A stretch of DNA of 63,999 nt, filler included, from Stramenopiles sp. TOSAG23-6 (taxonomy: Eukaryota), in NCBI GenBank assembly GCA_900128565.1. It is 14 parts of 14 records of this genome, joined end to end, with 100 filler letters (N's around TTAATTAATTAA, not from the genome) between each part and the next. Parts side by side here need not be neighbours in the genome. Positions count along the whole stretch, not along the records: positions 45,862 to 50,335 come from LT637159.1; positions 50,436 to 54,909 come from LT637160.1; positions 55,010 to 59,482 come from LT637161.1; positions 59,583 to 63,999 come from LT637176.1; 10 more parts are not named here. The stretch is one strand, 5' to 3'. The notes beneath the pieces are model-generated. The model was not told the DNA's origin. It was given only the letters and a program-made list of their open reading frames with translations, and did no database searches. A program made the position numbers and the translations under genes. Every line of letters begins with the position of its first letter. Positions within the stretch are counted from its first letter, which is position 1. This document shows, in pieces, positions 46,675 to 59,872 of this stretch.

Positions 46675-48883
46675 ATGCCAAAACGTGGTACTAAAAGAAA
46701 GAAAGAATTAGACCCTGCAGTTGAGTTGCACCGCAGCCTTCGGAGAGAGCTATGTAATGCTTCAAAGTTTAGTAATGCCGAAGCAGCTATTGCAGTTTTT
46801 GAGCGTGCCAGTGCTGAAAATATCAAGCTTGATACTTCCATGTACCAAATGATATTGAATGTAATAACCAAATCATACAGCGATGCCATTGAATCTAGTA
46901 CCGAACCTGTTAAGACATCTGAAGAACTTGAAAATTTATTCGAAAAGAGGCGAACCCAAGCCTTAGCTGTGTGGAGGCACATGGAAAAACGGTCTATGAC
47001 TGGACCCCCCGAGGCTTGTTTTTACGCCCTCATTAAGTTAATGGCATTGAGTGGCACTGTTATTGGATTTGACGAATCCCTTAAATATCTGGTTGAAATG
47101 GAGTCAGGTATTTGTTCAGATCCTACTTCTATCCCAGAAAAGCAACATAGATTTGCCCATCCAGCTCGACTTCGTACTCTCACTCCTATGATTGAAGCTT
47201 TAAGCATGCTTGTGCAAAACAGAGACTCTGCAAAAGACGAAGCCTTATCTCTATACACTCGTTTCAGTACACTTGATCTTGATCCGTCTGAAAGTGTGTT
47301 CTATTCGATGTTGAAGATTTGCTGTGAACTTTCGGATAAAGAAGATAAATCTCCGATTTTTGACGGTGTAAAACAAGGAAGCATTGGCTGTCTTGGTCAC
47401 GGTGTACTTTTAGATATGAAAGAAATAGTCGCTACTCCGAGTGCTAAGACGTGTAATATTATTTTTCGTTGGTTTAAGACGGTAGCTGCAAAATATGGAA
47501 GTTTTCAGGCTATGGCGCGTGCTGATGCTTCCTGTGCTAGTGCTGGAAGTACTGCAATGGCAAATGCGACGTCAACAAAATCTGATACTTTAGATGATTC
47601 TTTTGTCAAAGGTGACTCACACAAATGGATAGTTTGTGAAACGAGTGTAGATACCAAAGGAATATGTGCAACTACAAATGCTCAACTTGAATTAGTACAA
47701 TTATCCTCTGCTGAATTAATCGCCTTACGTAATCAAGTTGATGGTCTTGTATGTGTACGTTTTTTTCCTAAAACCTTTTTTTTTTTTTTTTTNTACCAAA
47801 TTTTGTACCTAACATTTTTTTTACAAAAAAAAAAAAAATTTTCCAAAATACATACTTCTGAAGAACGTACTAAACAATATAAAAGCTTTCTTGAATTTTG
47901 TAAGAAAAATGGCCCATATGACATTTGTGTTGATGGTGCAAATGTTGGCTATCATCATCAATCACAAACTAAAATCCGTAATGGTGCTGGGTATGCATAT
48001 GACCAAGTTGAACTTGTTTGTCGACATTATGAATCCTTAGGGAAAAAAGTTCTTGTATGTTTTCACTAAAACCCTAACCCTTAACAAATAATTTCAATTT
48101 TGTTTTTTTGGTTCTTGTTTGTTTTCAGTAAAACCCTAACCCTTAACAAATAATTTCAATTTTTTTTTTTTGGTAGAAAATTTCGTACCTAACGAATTTC
48201 AAACTTGTACACATATTTTACTACAATACTTCTCGTATTACACAAAAAATATTTTAAATCTCGGGGTGGACGACCACCTATGGTTCCTTCAACTCTGAAA
48301 ACAAGTTGGAATGTATGTTTTATTTTTTTTTTAAACAAAAAAATCGATTTTTTTTTTTGGTTTTCGTACGAAATTTTGTACCTAACGATTTTTTTTTTTA
48401 ATATTTTTCTAAAATACATGAACGTAAAATACTGTATACTCTTCAACCGCATAATAATGATGACTGGTATTGGTTAGCTGCAGCTGTTCGCGGATCGGTT
48501 AATGCGACTGTAATTAGTAATGATCAGATGAGAGATCATGTACGTTTTCATGATGAATTTCATTTTTTTTTTTTTTTTTGGTTTTCATACGAAATTCTGT
48601 ACCTAACGATTTTTTTTCTACAATATGTTTCACAATATATCACTTTGGGATGTTACGCCCTCGACATTTCTTAAAGTGGAAAGCTGCGCATTGTACTAAC
48701 TATGATTTTACACTTAATGAATATGGTGCTAAGGCTCCAATACTAAAGGAACCCGGTACCTTTTCTATCCATATGCAACGAAATATTACCAATGATACAA
48801 GTGGGAAAAACAAAATTGAAGTTTGGCACATTCCTGTCGCAGAAACTCCAGGGAAGTGGTATTGTATCTATCGGAAAATTTGA
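46675..48883 (+). CDS. PRORP: Protein-only RNase P (copy 2)
   Basis: Same as copy 1, offset 4574. Confidence 0.9.
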
Positions 48884-49239
48884 CTTTTATTTATACCTCT
48901 ATATCTTATATAAATCTGAATTAACTATTACTATCAACTACAAGTAGTATGTGATCTGAGATCAATCTGAATGTTTTCATTGTACTCAAAAAACTTTTCT
49001 TCTCTTTATAATTGAATAATAACCCTAACCCTATAAGCTATCGGCGATATTTTGCAGGTCAAACACGTGTCAGATCGAGATCGATCAACTTTTTACTCTC
49101 GCGAGTCGCGAGAAGGTCATGTGTTCCTTATAGTAGCTCAGCTTATTATAGTATAAAAAGCGAGCAACTGTATTTCAAAAACTTGTGGTTTACCTTTTTT
49201 CATTGCCTGTATAGATCTCAAAATCTCAATATCCTCAAT

Positions 49240-50103
49240 ATGTCTGTTGGAGTTTACATTCGCCGTCCAGTATATTTTCAATCCTTCATCAAACAGTTAC
49301 CAATCTTTGGAAACGCCACATTTAGTACTTCAACTACACGAGATATCACTTTATACCAGTATAAAATATGTCCTTTCTGTAATAAAGTAAAGTCTCTCCT
49401 AGACTATGCTAGTGTACCATACCAAACAGTTGAAGTAGATCCTCTGAGTAAAGGTGAATTAAAGTTCTCAAAGGACTATAAAAAGGTTCCGATTGCCCGT
49501 ATTGGGAACGAAATTGTTACCGAATCTGGTACAATTATGAAAAAAATCATTGAAAGTGAAGCACTCCAAGAGAAAATGTCTACGACTTCTTCCGATTTTT
49601 TGAGTCCCAGTGCACACAAGTGGGCCGAATGGGCTGATAAAGAACTTGCTGTCCTGCTCTATCCTAATTTAGTGCGTAGTTTAAGTGAATCTCGTGATGC
49701 ACTTAAGTATGTATATTCTGTACCAAACTTCACTTTAACCCAGAAGATTTTGAGTCATAATATAGGAAGTTTTGCAATGTGGCTTGCTAGTGGGAAGTTG
49801 AAAAAAAAGTATGGCATTGTTGATGAGCGACGCTCGTTATATGATGCCTTAGATATCTGGGAAAAGTCAGCCCTCCAAAATAAACAGTTTGCAGGTGGCG
49901 ACTTACCAAATTTAGGCGATGTTGCAGTATTTGGAGTCATTCGATCATTAGAAGGTTTATCCCTTCATACAGAGTTATTACAGAGCTCAAAGCGAACAGA
50001 ATTGTCTAATTGGTATACTGAAATGAAGAGTAAAGTAGGGAAATCTATGGAAAATGTTATTGAGAATCCAACAGTGACAACCGAAATATCTGAAAATAAA
50101 TGA
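49240..50103 (+). CDS. PTGES2: mPGES-2-like (copy 2)
   Basis: Same as copy 1. Confidence 0.9.
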   Translation: MSVGVYIRRPVYFQSFIKQLPIFGNATFSTSTTRDITLYQYKICPFCNKVKSLLDYASVPYQTVEVDPLSKGELKFSKDYKKVPIARIGNEIVTESGTIMKKIIESEALQEKMSTTSSDFLSPSAHKWAEWADKELAVLLYPNLVRSLSESRDALKYVYSVPNFTLTQKILSHNIGSFAMWLASGKLKKKYGIVDERRSLYDALDIWEKSALQNKQFAGGDLPNLGDVAVFGVIRSLEGLSLHTELLQSSKRTELSNWYTEMKSKVGKSMENVIENPTVTTEISENK

Positions 50104-50435
50104 TGAAAAAAAATTTGTAGTTTCTCTATATATTTTCGCAACAAGTCGATAACATTATTATTTCAATGGTGTTTTCAAAAACATTTTATTTCATGTAATT
50201 TTAATTTTTCAATATGTGCAAGTTATATACACGCTGCGTATTATATTGTACGCCTTAGATACAGATTAGTTGAATTAATCAGTAAATTTATAATTTTTTT
50301 TTCATATGAGAACATCAGATCCAGAACTGCCGCTCNNNNNNNNNNNNNNNNNNNNNNNNNNNNNNNNNNNNNNNNNNNNTTAATTAATTAANNNNNNNNN
50401 NNNNNNNNNNNNNNNNNNNNNNNNNNNNNNNNNNN

Positions 50436-50904
50436 TTGCCTTTATTGCCATACCAAGAGAACCATCCGCAAATGTCACCGACAAAAGCTGCTTTGGGTTT
50501 TCTTTAATTTGTGCCCTCGCTTGAACTAATCTATTTCGTCCGGCAATCCCAATATGTCGACGGAATGTCATTTCATAGGGAACATTTCCTTTAGTTAACT
50601 TTGACAATGACTTCATGATAACCTCGGGAGGGAAGTTTTCCACACTTTTATCGTTAATTCTGAGAAGGTCGTCGCATTTTAAAACTCCCTGTCTTTGAAG
50701 TTGACCCATTGGTTTTATGCGTGAAACCCAGGTACCACCACCTTCAGATGATGGACAAGCCGCAATAGCCGCACCTAATGACTCAGCAGGATTACAAATT
50801 ACAGTGAAACACTTTTGAGTTTCGTTTTCAGACTTTTCGACCGGTACTTTTGTTCCAAGTCCAATCTTTCCGTTGGAAGTTGCTGGTGCTCTGGCAAAAC
50901 TCAT
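50436..50904 (-). CDS. PDZ-domain protein fragment (copy 3)
   Basis: Same as copy 1. Confidence 0.75.
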
Positions 50905-51248
50905 TTTAACGCGAAGCTAATCTACAAATAAAAAGTAGTATTATATTAATGAAAACGTTTACTAAACATTTATGTGCTCTGGTATACAAACATTGTACAT
51001 GTTTCGATAGTTTTATGAAGTTTTGCTGGTTGTCTATATGAACTTTTTTTTGGGTATGCGGTCCACTTGGGCACTACTGCCGCTACTGCTCTTCAAAACA
51101 GTTACTAGCCCTAACCCTAATTAATCGTAATCGAAGAGTCAGTCAAGTGCTACGTATTCCTTACTATTCCCATTTACGGTACGCATACTCAGTAAAACTA
51201 TACTTATTACGAGCACTACATTGCCATATTGTTAGATTGAGAGCCACA

Positions 51249-53457
51249 ATGCCAAAACGTGGTACTAAAAGAAAGAAAGAATTAGACCCTGCAGTTGAGT
51301 TGCACCGCAGCCTTCGGAGAGAGCTATGTAATGCTTCAAAGTTTAGTAATGCCGAAGCAGCTATTGCAGTTTTTGAGCGTGCCAGTGCTGAAAATATCAA
51401 GCTTGATACTTCCATGTACCAAATGATATTGAATGTAATAACCAAATCATACAGCGATGCCATTGAATCTAGTACCGAACCTGTTAAGACATCTGAAGAA
51501 CTTGAAAATTTATTCGAAAAGAGGCGAACCCAAGCCTTAGCTGTGTGGAGGCACATGGAAAAACGGTCTATGACTGGACCCCCCGAGGCTTGTTTTTACG
51601 CCCTCATTAAGTTAATGGCATTGAGTGGCACTGTTATTGGATTTGACGAATCCCTTAAATATCTGGTTGAAATGGAGTCAGGTATTTGTTCAGATCCTAC
51701 TTCTATCCCAGAAAAGCAACATAGATTTGCCCATCCAGCTCGACTTCGTACTCTCACTCCTATGATTGAAGCTTTAAGCATGCTTGTGCAAAACAGAGAC
51801 TCTGCAAAAGACGAAGCCTTATCTCTATACACTCGTTTCAGTACACTTGATCTTGATCCGTCTGAAAGTGTGTTCTATTCGATGTTGAAGATTTGCTGTG
51901 AACTTTCGGATAAAGAAGATAAATCTCCGATTTTTGACGGTGTAAAACAAGGAAGCATTGGCTGTCTTGGTCACGGTGTACTTTTAGATATGAAAGAAAT
52001 AGTCGCTACTCCGAGTGCTAAGACGTGTAATATTATTTTTCGTTGGTTTAAGACGGTAGCTGCAAAATATGGAAGTTTTCAGGCTATGGCGCGTGCTGAT
52101 GCTTCCTGTGCTAGTGCTGGAAGTACTGCAATGGCAAATGCGACGTCAACAAAATCTGATACTTTAGATGATTCTTTTGTCAAAGGTGACTCACACAAAT
52201 GGATAGTTTGTGAAACGAGTGTAGATACCAAAGGAATATGTGCAACTACAAATGCTCAACTTGAATTAGTACAATTATCCTCTGCTGAATTAATCGCCTT
52301 ACGTAATCAAGTTGATGGTCTTGTATGTGTACGTTTTTTTCCTAAAACCTTTTTTTTTTTTTTTTTNTACCAAATTTTGTACCTAACATTTTTTTTACAA
52401 AAAAAAAAAAAATTTTCCAAAATACATACTTCTGAAGAACGTACTAAACAATATAAAAGCTTTCTTGAATTTTGTAAGAAAAATGGCCCATATGACATTT
52501 GTGTTGATGGTGCAAATGTTGGCTATCATCATCAATCACAAACTAAAATCCGTAATGGTGCTGGGTATGCATATGACCAAGTTGAACTTGTTTGTCGACA
52601 TTATGAATCCTTAGGGAAAAAAGTTCTTGTATGTTTTCACTAAAACCCTAACCCTTAACAAATAATTTCAATTTTGTTTTTTTGGTTCTTGTTTGTTTTC
52701 AGTAAAACCCTAACCCTTAACAAATAATTTCAATTTTTTTTTTTTGGTAGAAAATTTCGTACCTAACGAATTTCAAACTTGTACACATATTTTACTACAA
52801 TACTTCTCGTATTACACAAAAAATATTTTAAATCTCGGGGTGGACGACCACCTATGGTTCCTTCAACTCTGAAAACAAGTTGGAATGTATGTTTTATTTT
52901 TTTTTTAAACAAAAAAATCGATTTTTTTTTTTGGTTTTCGTACGAAATTTTGTACCTAACGATTTTTTTTTTTAATATTTTTCTAAAATACATGAACGTA
53001 AAATACTGTATACTCTTCAACCGCATAATAATGATGACTGGTATTGGTTAGCTGCAGCTGTTCGCGGATCGGTTAATGCGACTGTAATTAGTAATGATCA
53101 GATGAGAGATCATGTACGTTTTCATGATGAATTTCATTTTTTTTTTTTTTTTTGGTTTTCATACGAAATTCTGTACCTAACGATTTTTTTTCTACAATAT
53201 GTTTCACAATATATCACTTTGGGATGTTACGCCCTCGACATTTCTTAAAGTGGAAAGCTGCGCATTGTACTAACTATGATTTTACACTTAATGAATATGG
53301 TGCTAAGGCTCCAATACTAAAGGAACCCGGTACCTTTTCTATCCATATGCAACGAAATATTACCAATGATACAAGTGGGAAAAACAAAATTGAAGTTTGG
53401 CACATTCCTGTCGCAGAAACTCCAGGGAAGTGGTATTGTATCTATCGGAAAATTTGA
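51249..53457 (+). CDS. PRORP: Protein-only RNase P (copy 3)
   Basis: Same as copy 1, offset 9148. Confidence 0.9.
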
Positions 53458-53813
53458 CTTTTATTTATACCTCTATATCTTATATAAATCTGAATTAACT
53501 ATTACTATCAACTACAAGTAGTATGTGATCTGAGATCAATCTGAATGTTTTCATTGTACTCAAAAAACTTTTCTTCTCTTTATAATTGAATAATAACCCT
53601 AACCCTATAAGCTATCGGCGATATTTTGCAGGTCAAACACGTGTCAGATCGAGATCGATCAACTTTTTACTCTCGCGAGTCGCGAGAAGGTCATGTGTTC
53701 CTTATAGTAGCTCAGCTTATTATAGTATAAAAAGCGAGCAACTGTATTTCAAAAACTTGTGGTTTACCTTTTTTCATTGCCTGTATAGATCTCAAAATCT
53801 CAATATCCTCAAT

Positions 53814-54677
53814 ATGTCTGTTGGAGTTTACATTCGCCGTCCAGTATATTTTCAATCCTTCATCAAACAGTTACCAATCTTTGGAAACGCCACATTTAGT
53901 ACTTCAACTACACGAGATATCACTTTATACCAGTATAAAATATGTCCTTTCTGTAATAAAGTAAAGTCTCTCCTAGACTATGCTAGTGTACCATACCAAA
54001 CAGTTGAAGTAGATCCTCTGAGTAAAGGTGAATTAAAGTTCTCAAAGGACTATAAAAAGGTTCCGATTGCCCGTATTGGGAACGAAATTGTTACCGAATC
54101 TGGTACAATTATGAAAAAAATCATTGAAAGTGAAGCACTCCAAGAGAAAATGTCTACGACTTCTTCCGATTTTTTGAGTCCCAGTGCACACAAGTGGGCC
54201 GAATGGGCTGATAAAGAACTTGCTGTCCTGCTCTATCCTAATTTAGTGCGTAGTTTAAGTGAATCTCGTGATGCACTTAAGTATGTATATTCTGTACCAA
54301 ACTTCACTTTAACCCAGAAGATTTTGAGTCATAATATAGGAAGTTTTGCAATGTGGCTTGCTAGTGGGAAGTTGAAAAAAAAGTATGGCATTGTTGATGA
54401 GCGACGCTCGTTATATGATGCCTTAGATATCTGGGAAAAGTCAGCCCTCCAAAATAAACAGTTTGCAGGTGGCGACTTACCAAATTTAGGCGATGTTGCA
54501 GTATTTGGAGTCATTCGATCATTAGAAGGTTTATCCCTTCATACAGAGTTATTACAGAGCTCAAAGCGAACAGAATTGTCTAATTGGTATACTGAAATGA
54601 AGAGTAAAGTAGGGAAATCTATGGAAAATGTTATTGAGAATCCAACAGTGACAACCGAAATATCTGAAAATAAATGA
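53814..54677 (+). CDS. PTGES2: mPGES-2-like (copy 3)
   Basis: Same as copy 1. Confidence 0.9.
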   Translation: MSVGVYIRRPVYFQSFIKQLPIFGNATFSTSTTRDITLYQYKICPFCNKVKSLLDYASVPYQTVEVDPLSKGELKFSKDYKKVPIARIGNEIVTESGTIMKKIIESEALQEKMSTTSSDFLSPSAHKWAEWADKELAVLLYPNLVRSLSESRDALKYVYSVPNFTLTQKILSHNIGSFAMWLASGKLKKKYGIVDERRSLYDALDIWEKSALQNKQFAGGDLPNLGDVAVFGVIRSLEGLSLHTELLQSSKRTELSNWYTEMKSKVGKSMENVIENPTVTTEISENK

Positions 54678-55065
54678 TGAAAAAAAATTTGTAGTTTCTC
54701 TATATATTTTCGCAACAAGTCGATAACATTATTATTTCAATGGTGTTTTCAAAAACATTTTATTTCATGTAATTTTAATTTTTCAATATGTGCAAGTTAT
54801 ATACACGCTGCGTATTATATTGTACGCCTTAGATACAGATTAGTTGAATTAATCAGTAAATTTATAATTTTTTTTTCATATGAGAACATCAGATCCAGAA
54901 CTGCCGCTCNNNNNNNNNNNNNNNNNNNNNNNNNNNNNNNNNNNNNNNNNNNNTTAATTAATTAANNNNNNNNNNNNNNNNNNNNNNNNNNNNNNNNNNN
55001 NNNNNNNNNTTTCGTACGAAATTTTGTACCTAACGTTTTTTTTCAAATATTTTTCCAAAATACAT

Positions 55066-56025
55066 GCTTGGCAAGCAAGAGACGAATTAAGTGAGGGTAA
55101 AATGTATGCCAATACGCTTTCCTCTGGTTTAGATGATTACCCTAGATCATCTCATCCTGATTCTCAAGAACGTCATGTGGATCTTTATTCATGGATTGCA
55201 TGTGGTTCCAGAATCATGGCTAGGGTTGCCAAAATTATTGAGTATAAAGAGAAAGAAATTTATTATTTAAAGCTTGAAAAAAAACTAATCGATAATTTAG
55301 ATTTTCTTCATTGGGATGAAAAAAGTAATTCATACGCTGATTTTGGATTACATATAAATGGTCAAGTTAGAGATTGGCCCATTGCAAGATGTGCTGATAT
55401 GAAACAACGTAAAATTGTGGAACGCCCCGCCTTGAGTGATGATCCAGAATCTGTTTGTGTGCCACCTTTAAAGTATTATGGTCTTTCAAGAGAAGAGTCT
55501 GGAAAAGTGAAAAATATGTCAGTATATGGAACGAATGATGTCAATAATAATCCAATTTTGCAATTTGTACCCAGATATGGTTACGTTTCAATTTTCCCTC
55601 TCATTTTACGTGTNATCCCTCCTGACTCTCCACGTCTTCTTGTTGTAATGAAAATGCTACGTAATGAGAAACATCTATGGACACCGTGGGGTTTGCGTTC
55701 TCTGTCTAAACATGATACATTTTATGGCAAGTCCAATGCACCAGGAGATGATCCATACTGGAGAGGGCCTATTTGGTACAATATAAATTATTTAGCATTA
55801 TCAGGTCTTTATTATTATGCGAATACAGACGGGCCATTCCAAACGAAAGCAAACGAGATTTATCACGAACTTAGGGAAAATGTTATAATGAATATTTTTG
55901 GAGAATGGAAACGAACNGGGTTCTTCTGGGAGCAATATAATGATGAAACAGGTGAAGGACAAAAAGCGCATCCATTTACTGGTTGGACTGCCACAGTTGT
56001 TAACATTATGGGGGAGTTGTATTGA
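55066..56025 (+). CDS. MOGS: Glucosidase I last exon (variant copy)
   Basis: Same as 18438-19397. Confidence 0.92.
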   Translation, partial: AWQARDELSEGKMYANTLSSGLDDYPRSSHPDSQERHVDLYSWIACGSRIMARVAKIIEYKEKEIYYLKLEKKLIDNLDFLHWDEKSNSYADFGLHINGQVRDWPIARCADMKQRKIVERPALSDDPESVCVPPLKYYGLSREESGKVKNMSVYGTNDVNNNPILQFVPRYGYVSIFPLILRXIPPDSPRLLVVMKMLRNEKHLWTPWGLRSLSKHDTFYGKSNAPGDDPYWRGPIWYNINYLALSGLYYYANTDGPFQTKANEIYHELRENVIMNIFGEWKRXGFFWEQYNDETGEGQKAHPFTGWTATVVNIMGELY

Positions 56026-56213
56026 AATGTTTATAAATCATGTACTTTTCATACAAAGTCATTTTTCCTATAACTACANTGGTNAAAAACTATGATTAAG
56101 TACACGCAACACTGAGATATCGTTTTTATTTTACTCTTCTCATTTCTACAAAAAAAATCTTATAAATTTTTCATAATAATACTGAAATTTCATATGGTTG
56201 TTTCCCCCATTAT

Positions 56214-57626
56214 TCACGCCCACCCTTTATCGATCATCTCTTGTTCCTGCTTTAACCTTTTCTGCGTTAACTGTTGTTCCTCCATGAAATTTTTGGCAAA
56301 ACTCGTCATCTGTTCAATAAATTTCGGGTTCTCCCACAATGCAACTAGACTAAAACCTCCAGCAGTTGGTGCAGCACCGACAGGTGTAGTAGGAGCTACA
56401 GCATCAGCTAGACCAAAACCTCCAGCAGCTGGTGTACCAAAACCTCCAGCAGCTGGTGCACCAAAACTTCCAGCAGCTGGTGCACCAAAACCTCCAGCAG
56501 CTGGTGCACCAAAACCTCCAGCAGCTGGTNCTGGTTCACCAAAACCTCCAGTAGCTGGTGNACCAAAACCTCCAGCACCAAAACCTCCCGTTGCTGGCGC
56601 ATGGCCAACAGGTACAGCAGTAGGCACAACATGTACAGTAGCAGGGATTAGTGATCCAGGCAATGCTGAAGCAACACGTGTACGTGATTGTGTTGCAACA
56701 ACAGGTTCAATATATCTGTCAATCACGCGATTAATTGCATCAAAATCAAGCCATTTCCTTTGAGNTGCNTTCCACACCAATCCTGTTTGCGCCAATAAAT
56801 CAAGTAATCTCGCACCGGTTTCTCTAAACTCCTCACCATACCCACTTACCCAATCGTCAACGATGAAATTCTTTAACCTGGCAATATTATTTTCGTCTTC
56901 CTCAAAAACCGCCTTTGAAAGTTCGGTTGGCAAGCTAATGGAATTTCTAGAATTATTCACAGTCAGAATTCTCATTATAATCTGAGCTATGGACCATTTG
57001 TCGAATGAACCATCTGATGTTCTCGTTAATCTCTCAGGTGGACAATACTCTTCTGTTATTATAACAGGGTATTGGCCAAACAAGGTAGCAGCTCCAAAAT
57101 CTGCGATATCAAGCGAACCATCATCATTGACGAATAAGTTTTCAGGTTTGATATCGTTGTGCGATATTCTTTTTTGTTCAATTTCTTTCAAACCATCTTC
57201 AACATTCGAAAGGCTCTTCACCAATCGAAGCATTTCAATTCCAAATACTTTTTTATCGGGCTCTGTCGGAAATTTTTTAAAGTACTTATTCCTCACAAAC
57301 AAATACTTTTCCAAAAAGTCCTTTTTCTTATAATATTTAAGTTTAATAGATAAAGTGCTGTCGTCCTTTTGCAAAATTCGGATAACATGAGGACAATCGC
57401 GAACCTTTTCCAACATTCCACTTTCCGTTTCGAAGTCATCCCGACGATTAAAGACTTTCCAGCAACTATCCGTATCACAATAAAGGTTTGCCTGGCCACT
57501 AGCTACTTCTAATCGGTTGAATCCTGGAAGGTTGATTTGAGGAACACTGCGCAGCGCCGCCTTTGAAAAAATGCAGTGTAGCATGAAAAATATAGCCATG
57601 CTTTTAGGAAACAAAAACATCCTCAT
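56214..57626 (-). CDS. Kinase with GGFG repeats (variant copy)
   Basis: Same as 19586-20998. Confidence 0.8.
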   Translation of the reverse strand: MRMFLFPKSMAIFFMLHCIFSKAALRSVPQINLPGFNRLEVASGQANLYCDTDSCWKVFNRRDDFETESGMLEKVRDCPHVIRILQKDDSTLSIKLKYYKKKDFLEKYLFVRNKYFKKFPTEPDKKVFGIEMLRLVKSLSNVEDGLKEIEQKRISHNDIKPENLFVNDDGSLDIADFGAATLFGQYPVIITEEYCPPERLTRTSDGSFDKWSIAQIIMRILTVNNSRNSISLPTELSKAVFEEDENNIARLKNFIVDDWVSGYGEEFRETGARLLDLLAQTGLVWXAXQRKWLDFDAINRVIDRYIEPVVATQSRTRVASALPGSLIPATVHVVPTAVPVGHAPATGGFGAGGFGXPATGGFGEPXPAAGGFGAPAAGGFGAPAAGSFGAPAAGGFGTPAAGGFGLADAVAPTTPVGAAPTAGGFSLVALWENPKFIEQMTSFAKNFMEEQQLTQKRLKQEQEMIDKGWA

Positions 57627-57915
57627 CTTAATGATCTGAGATTGAAATGAAAATTTAAGCAAGACTATTTTTAAAGGGTAGCGAAAATTCTGCAACTCTT
57701 CTTTGCGTCTTCGTTTGGATTCGTTTGGATTCGTTTGGATTTAGGCGCTGTTCATCTGCCATTTCCGGGTAACTTCAAATATCCAAAAAAGACAGATTGT
57801 CCGGCCGTGGTCGGTACGTTAAATACGTCACGAAAATGACACTGGCACATAAAAAAGTCTTTTGGTGCCAGAGTGCATATCTACAGATGCAATCTACAGT
57901 TATCATAATCTAGTG

Positions 57916-59411
57916 ATGGGTAATTCTCCTAGCTCTAAATCTTCCCGATCGACTGTTAGATCTCTTTCTTGCTCTAGTCCCATAGAAAAGAATGCTTCAA
58001 ATTTCCCAGAACTTGTTGAGATGAAGTCACCTCGCAGGCAATCCGTTCATGCTGGTTTAGAAAATCCTCTTGGACATAATAACTGCTTTCTGAATGTGTG
58101 TATACAAGCAATGTGGCATTTAGATGCATTTCGTGATGCAATTTTACGTTCAGAGCATTCTCTGATTGATAAATCGCTTGAAGGATCTGCTTCTGCTTCG
58201 TCTGACCCTAATAATACCTTGTTATATAAAATCCACCAACTGTTTAGACGATATGCGTCTACAGGATCATACAGTGGACCTTTAAAGTCTAGTGATATTC
58301 GCATAACATTGGCTAGTTTATACGGGAGCCAAAACCGTTTCCAACTAGGTCAAATTGACGATGCAACAGAGGCCTTTGATTGTATTTTAAAGTGTATACA
58401 TGCTAATCACATTTCCGATAAACCAGGATTACAAAATGCCTTGGCGAAAATTTCCGTAGATGGTCAACTTGATGTTAGTCGTAGTATAGATATTCCATGC
58501 GAAGAAGGTATGAGTCGCGGTTGTGTCGCTTGCTCTGTGTTTGGATATGATTCGTTTGATAAAAGTGTCTGTGGTACCTGTGGTATTACTTCTGAGCCTA
58601 TCATTTGCCGAGAATTAGTTTACCTTGTATATGCCCATGAACTTTCTGCTGTGATATATGAACAAAGATCTACAAAGGAGACACCTGAACTATCTAAATT
58701 ACTCAGGCAAATAGTATGCACGTTTTCATCATTATTTTTTTACAAAAACGTTTTTTCGTAGTAAATTTTGTATCTAACGAATTATTTGACGAAAAAAAAT
58801 ATTTTTTATAAGACAGTGAGAGCCCATCCACCAAAATCATGTCCATCCAAAAATGAGGATAAAAATGTATCACANTCTGAGATATCTTTAAATGATTCTA
58901 ATAGCCCAGATTGTAAAACAGCAAACAAAACTAAAAATATATCATGTGAAGGTAAGGCGAATACGGATCGTCCGTTTTCAAAATTAAATTTCGAATTTAT
59001 TTGTTTTTTCGTACGAAATTCCGTACCTAACGAATGTTTTTAAGAAAAAAAATATTTTTCACAATATATGTTGGTGTGTTTCTTTACCAAAAGTTTTTGT
59101 TCTTAGCCTCGTATGGTCATCAGATAGATCATCAAAAGTAGAAATAGAGTGTGCTTTAGACGTAATGTCTCAACAGCTGTAAGTTGTCCACTTTAATTTC
59201 AATTTGGTTTTCGTACGAAATTTCATACCTAACAAGTTGTTTTTCTAAAAAACATATTTTTCACAATACTTGAAACTTCGTGAAGTTTTTCAATGCCCCC
59301 AAGTTGAATTAAACAAAGAGGCGCAAAATTCTATCTATAGTTTTTCTGGTATGATTTGTTATTATGGTAAGCATTATGTTGCATTTTTCATCAGTCGTGC
59401 TCAAAAAACAT
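57916..59411 (+). CDS. USP53/54-like DUB, 5' part (variant copy)
   Basis: Same as 21301-22796. Confidence 0.85.
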
Positions 59412-59634
59412 GTATTTTTTCATCATTCACTCTTAAAAAAATATTTTCTTTTTTTTTGAGTAATTAACGAATTTCGAATTTGNNNNNNNNNNNNNNNNNN
59501 NNNNNNNNNNNNNNNNNNNNNNNNNNTTAATTAATTAANNNNNNNNNNNNNNNNNNNNNNNNNNNNNNNNNNNNNNNNNNNNTTGTACCTAACAAATTTT
59601 CAATTTTTTTTTGAAATATTTTTCCAAAATACAT

Positions 59635-59722
59635 GGGCGGGGGGTACAGTACTGATATTTTAGATAGTGTTGAAGCTCATGCAGATGTATTTGTCCAAGC
59701 TGCCGAGTCATTAGTACGATAG
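59635..59722 (+). CDS. Histone deacetylase-family protein, last exon
   Basis: GGGYS...VEAHADVF after a family intron 3' end. Confidence 0.65.
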
Positions 59723-59872
59723 AAACACTATTTGTAAGATTTTTTAGTAAAAATCTAAAAAATCTTTTTCAAAAATTTGACTTTTTCTTTATAAATGTAT
59801 GTTACATCAAAACTTTATACTAAACTTTTACGGTTAGGGTTAGGTTTCCTTATTATACTATACATTTCCTTA

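Noticed and set aside
41288-54909. Three tandem copies of PDZ-PRORP-PTGES2
   Set aside because: Separate contigs with the same ends, same length and a shared N, divided by artificial spacers: redundant assembly, not gene amplification.
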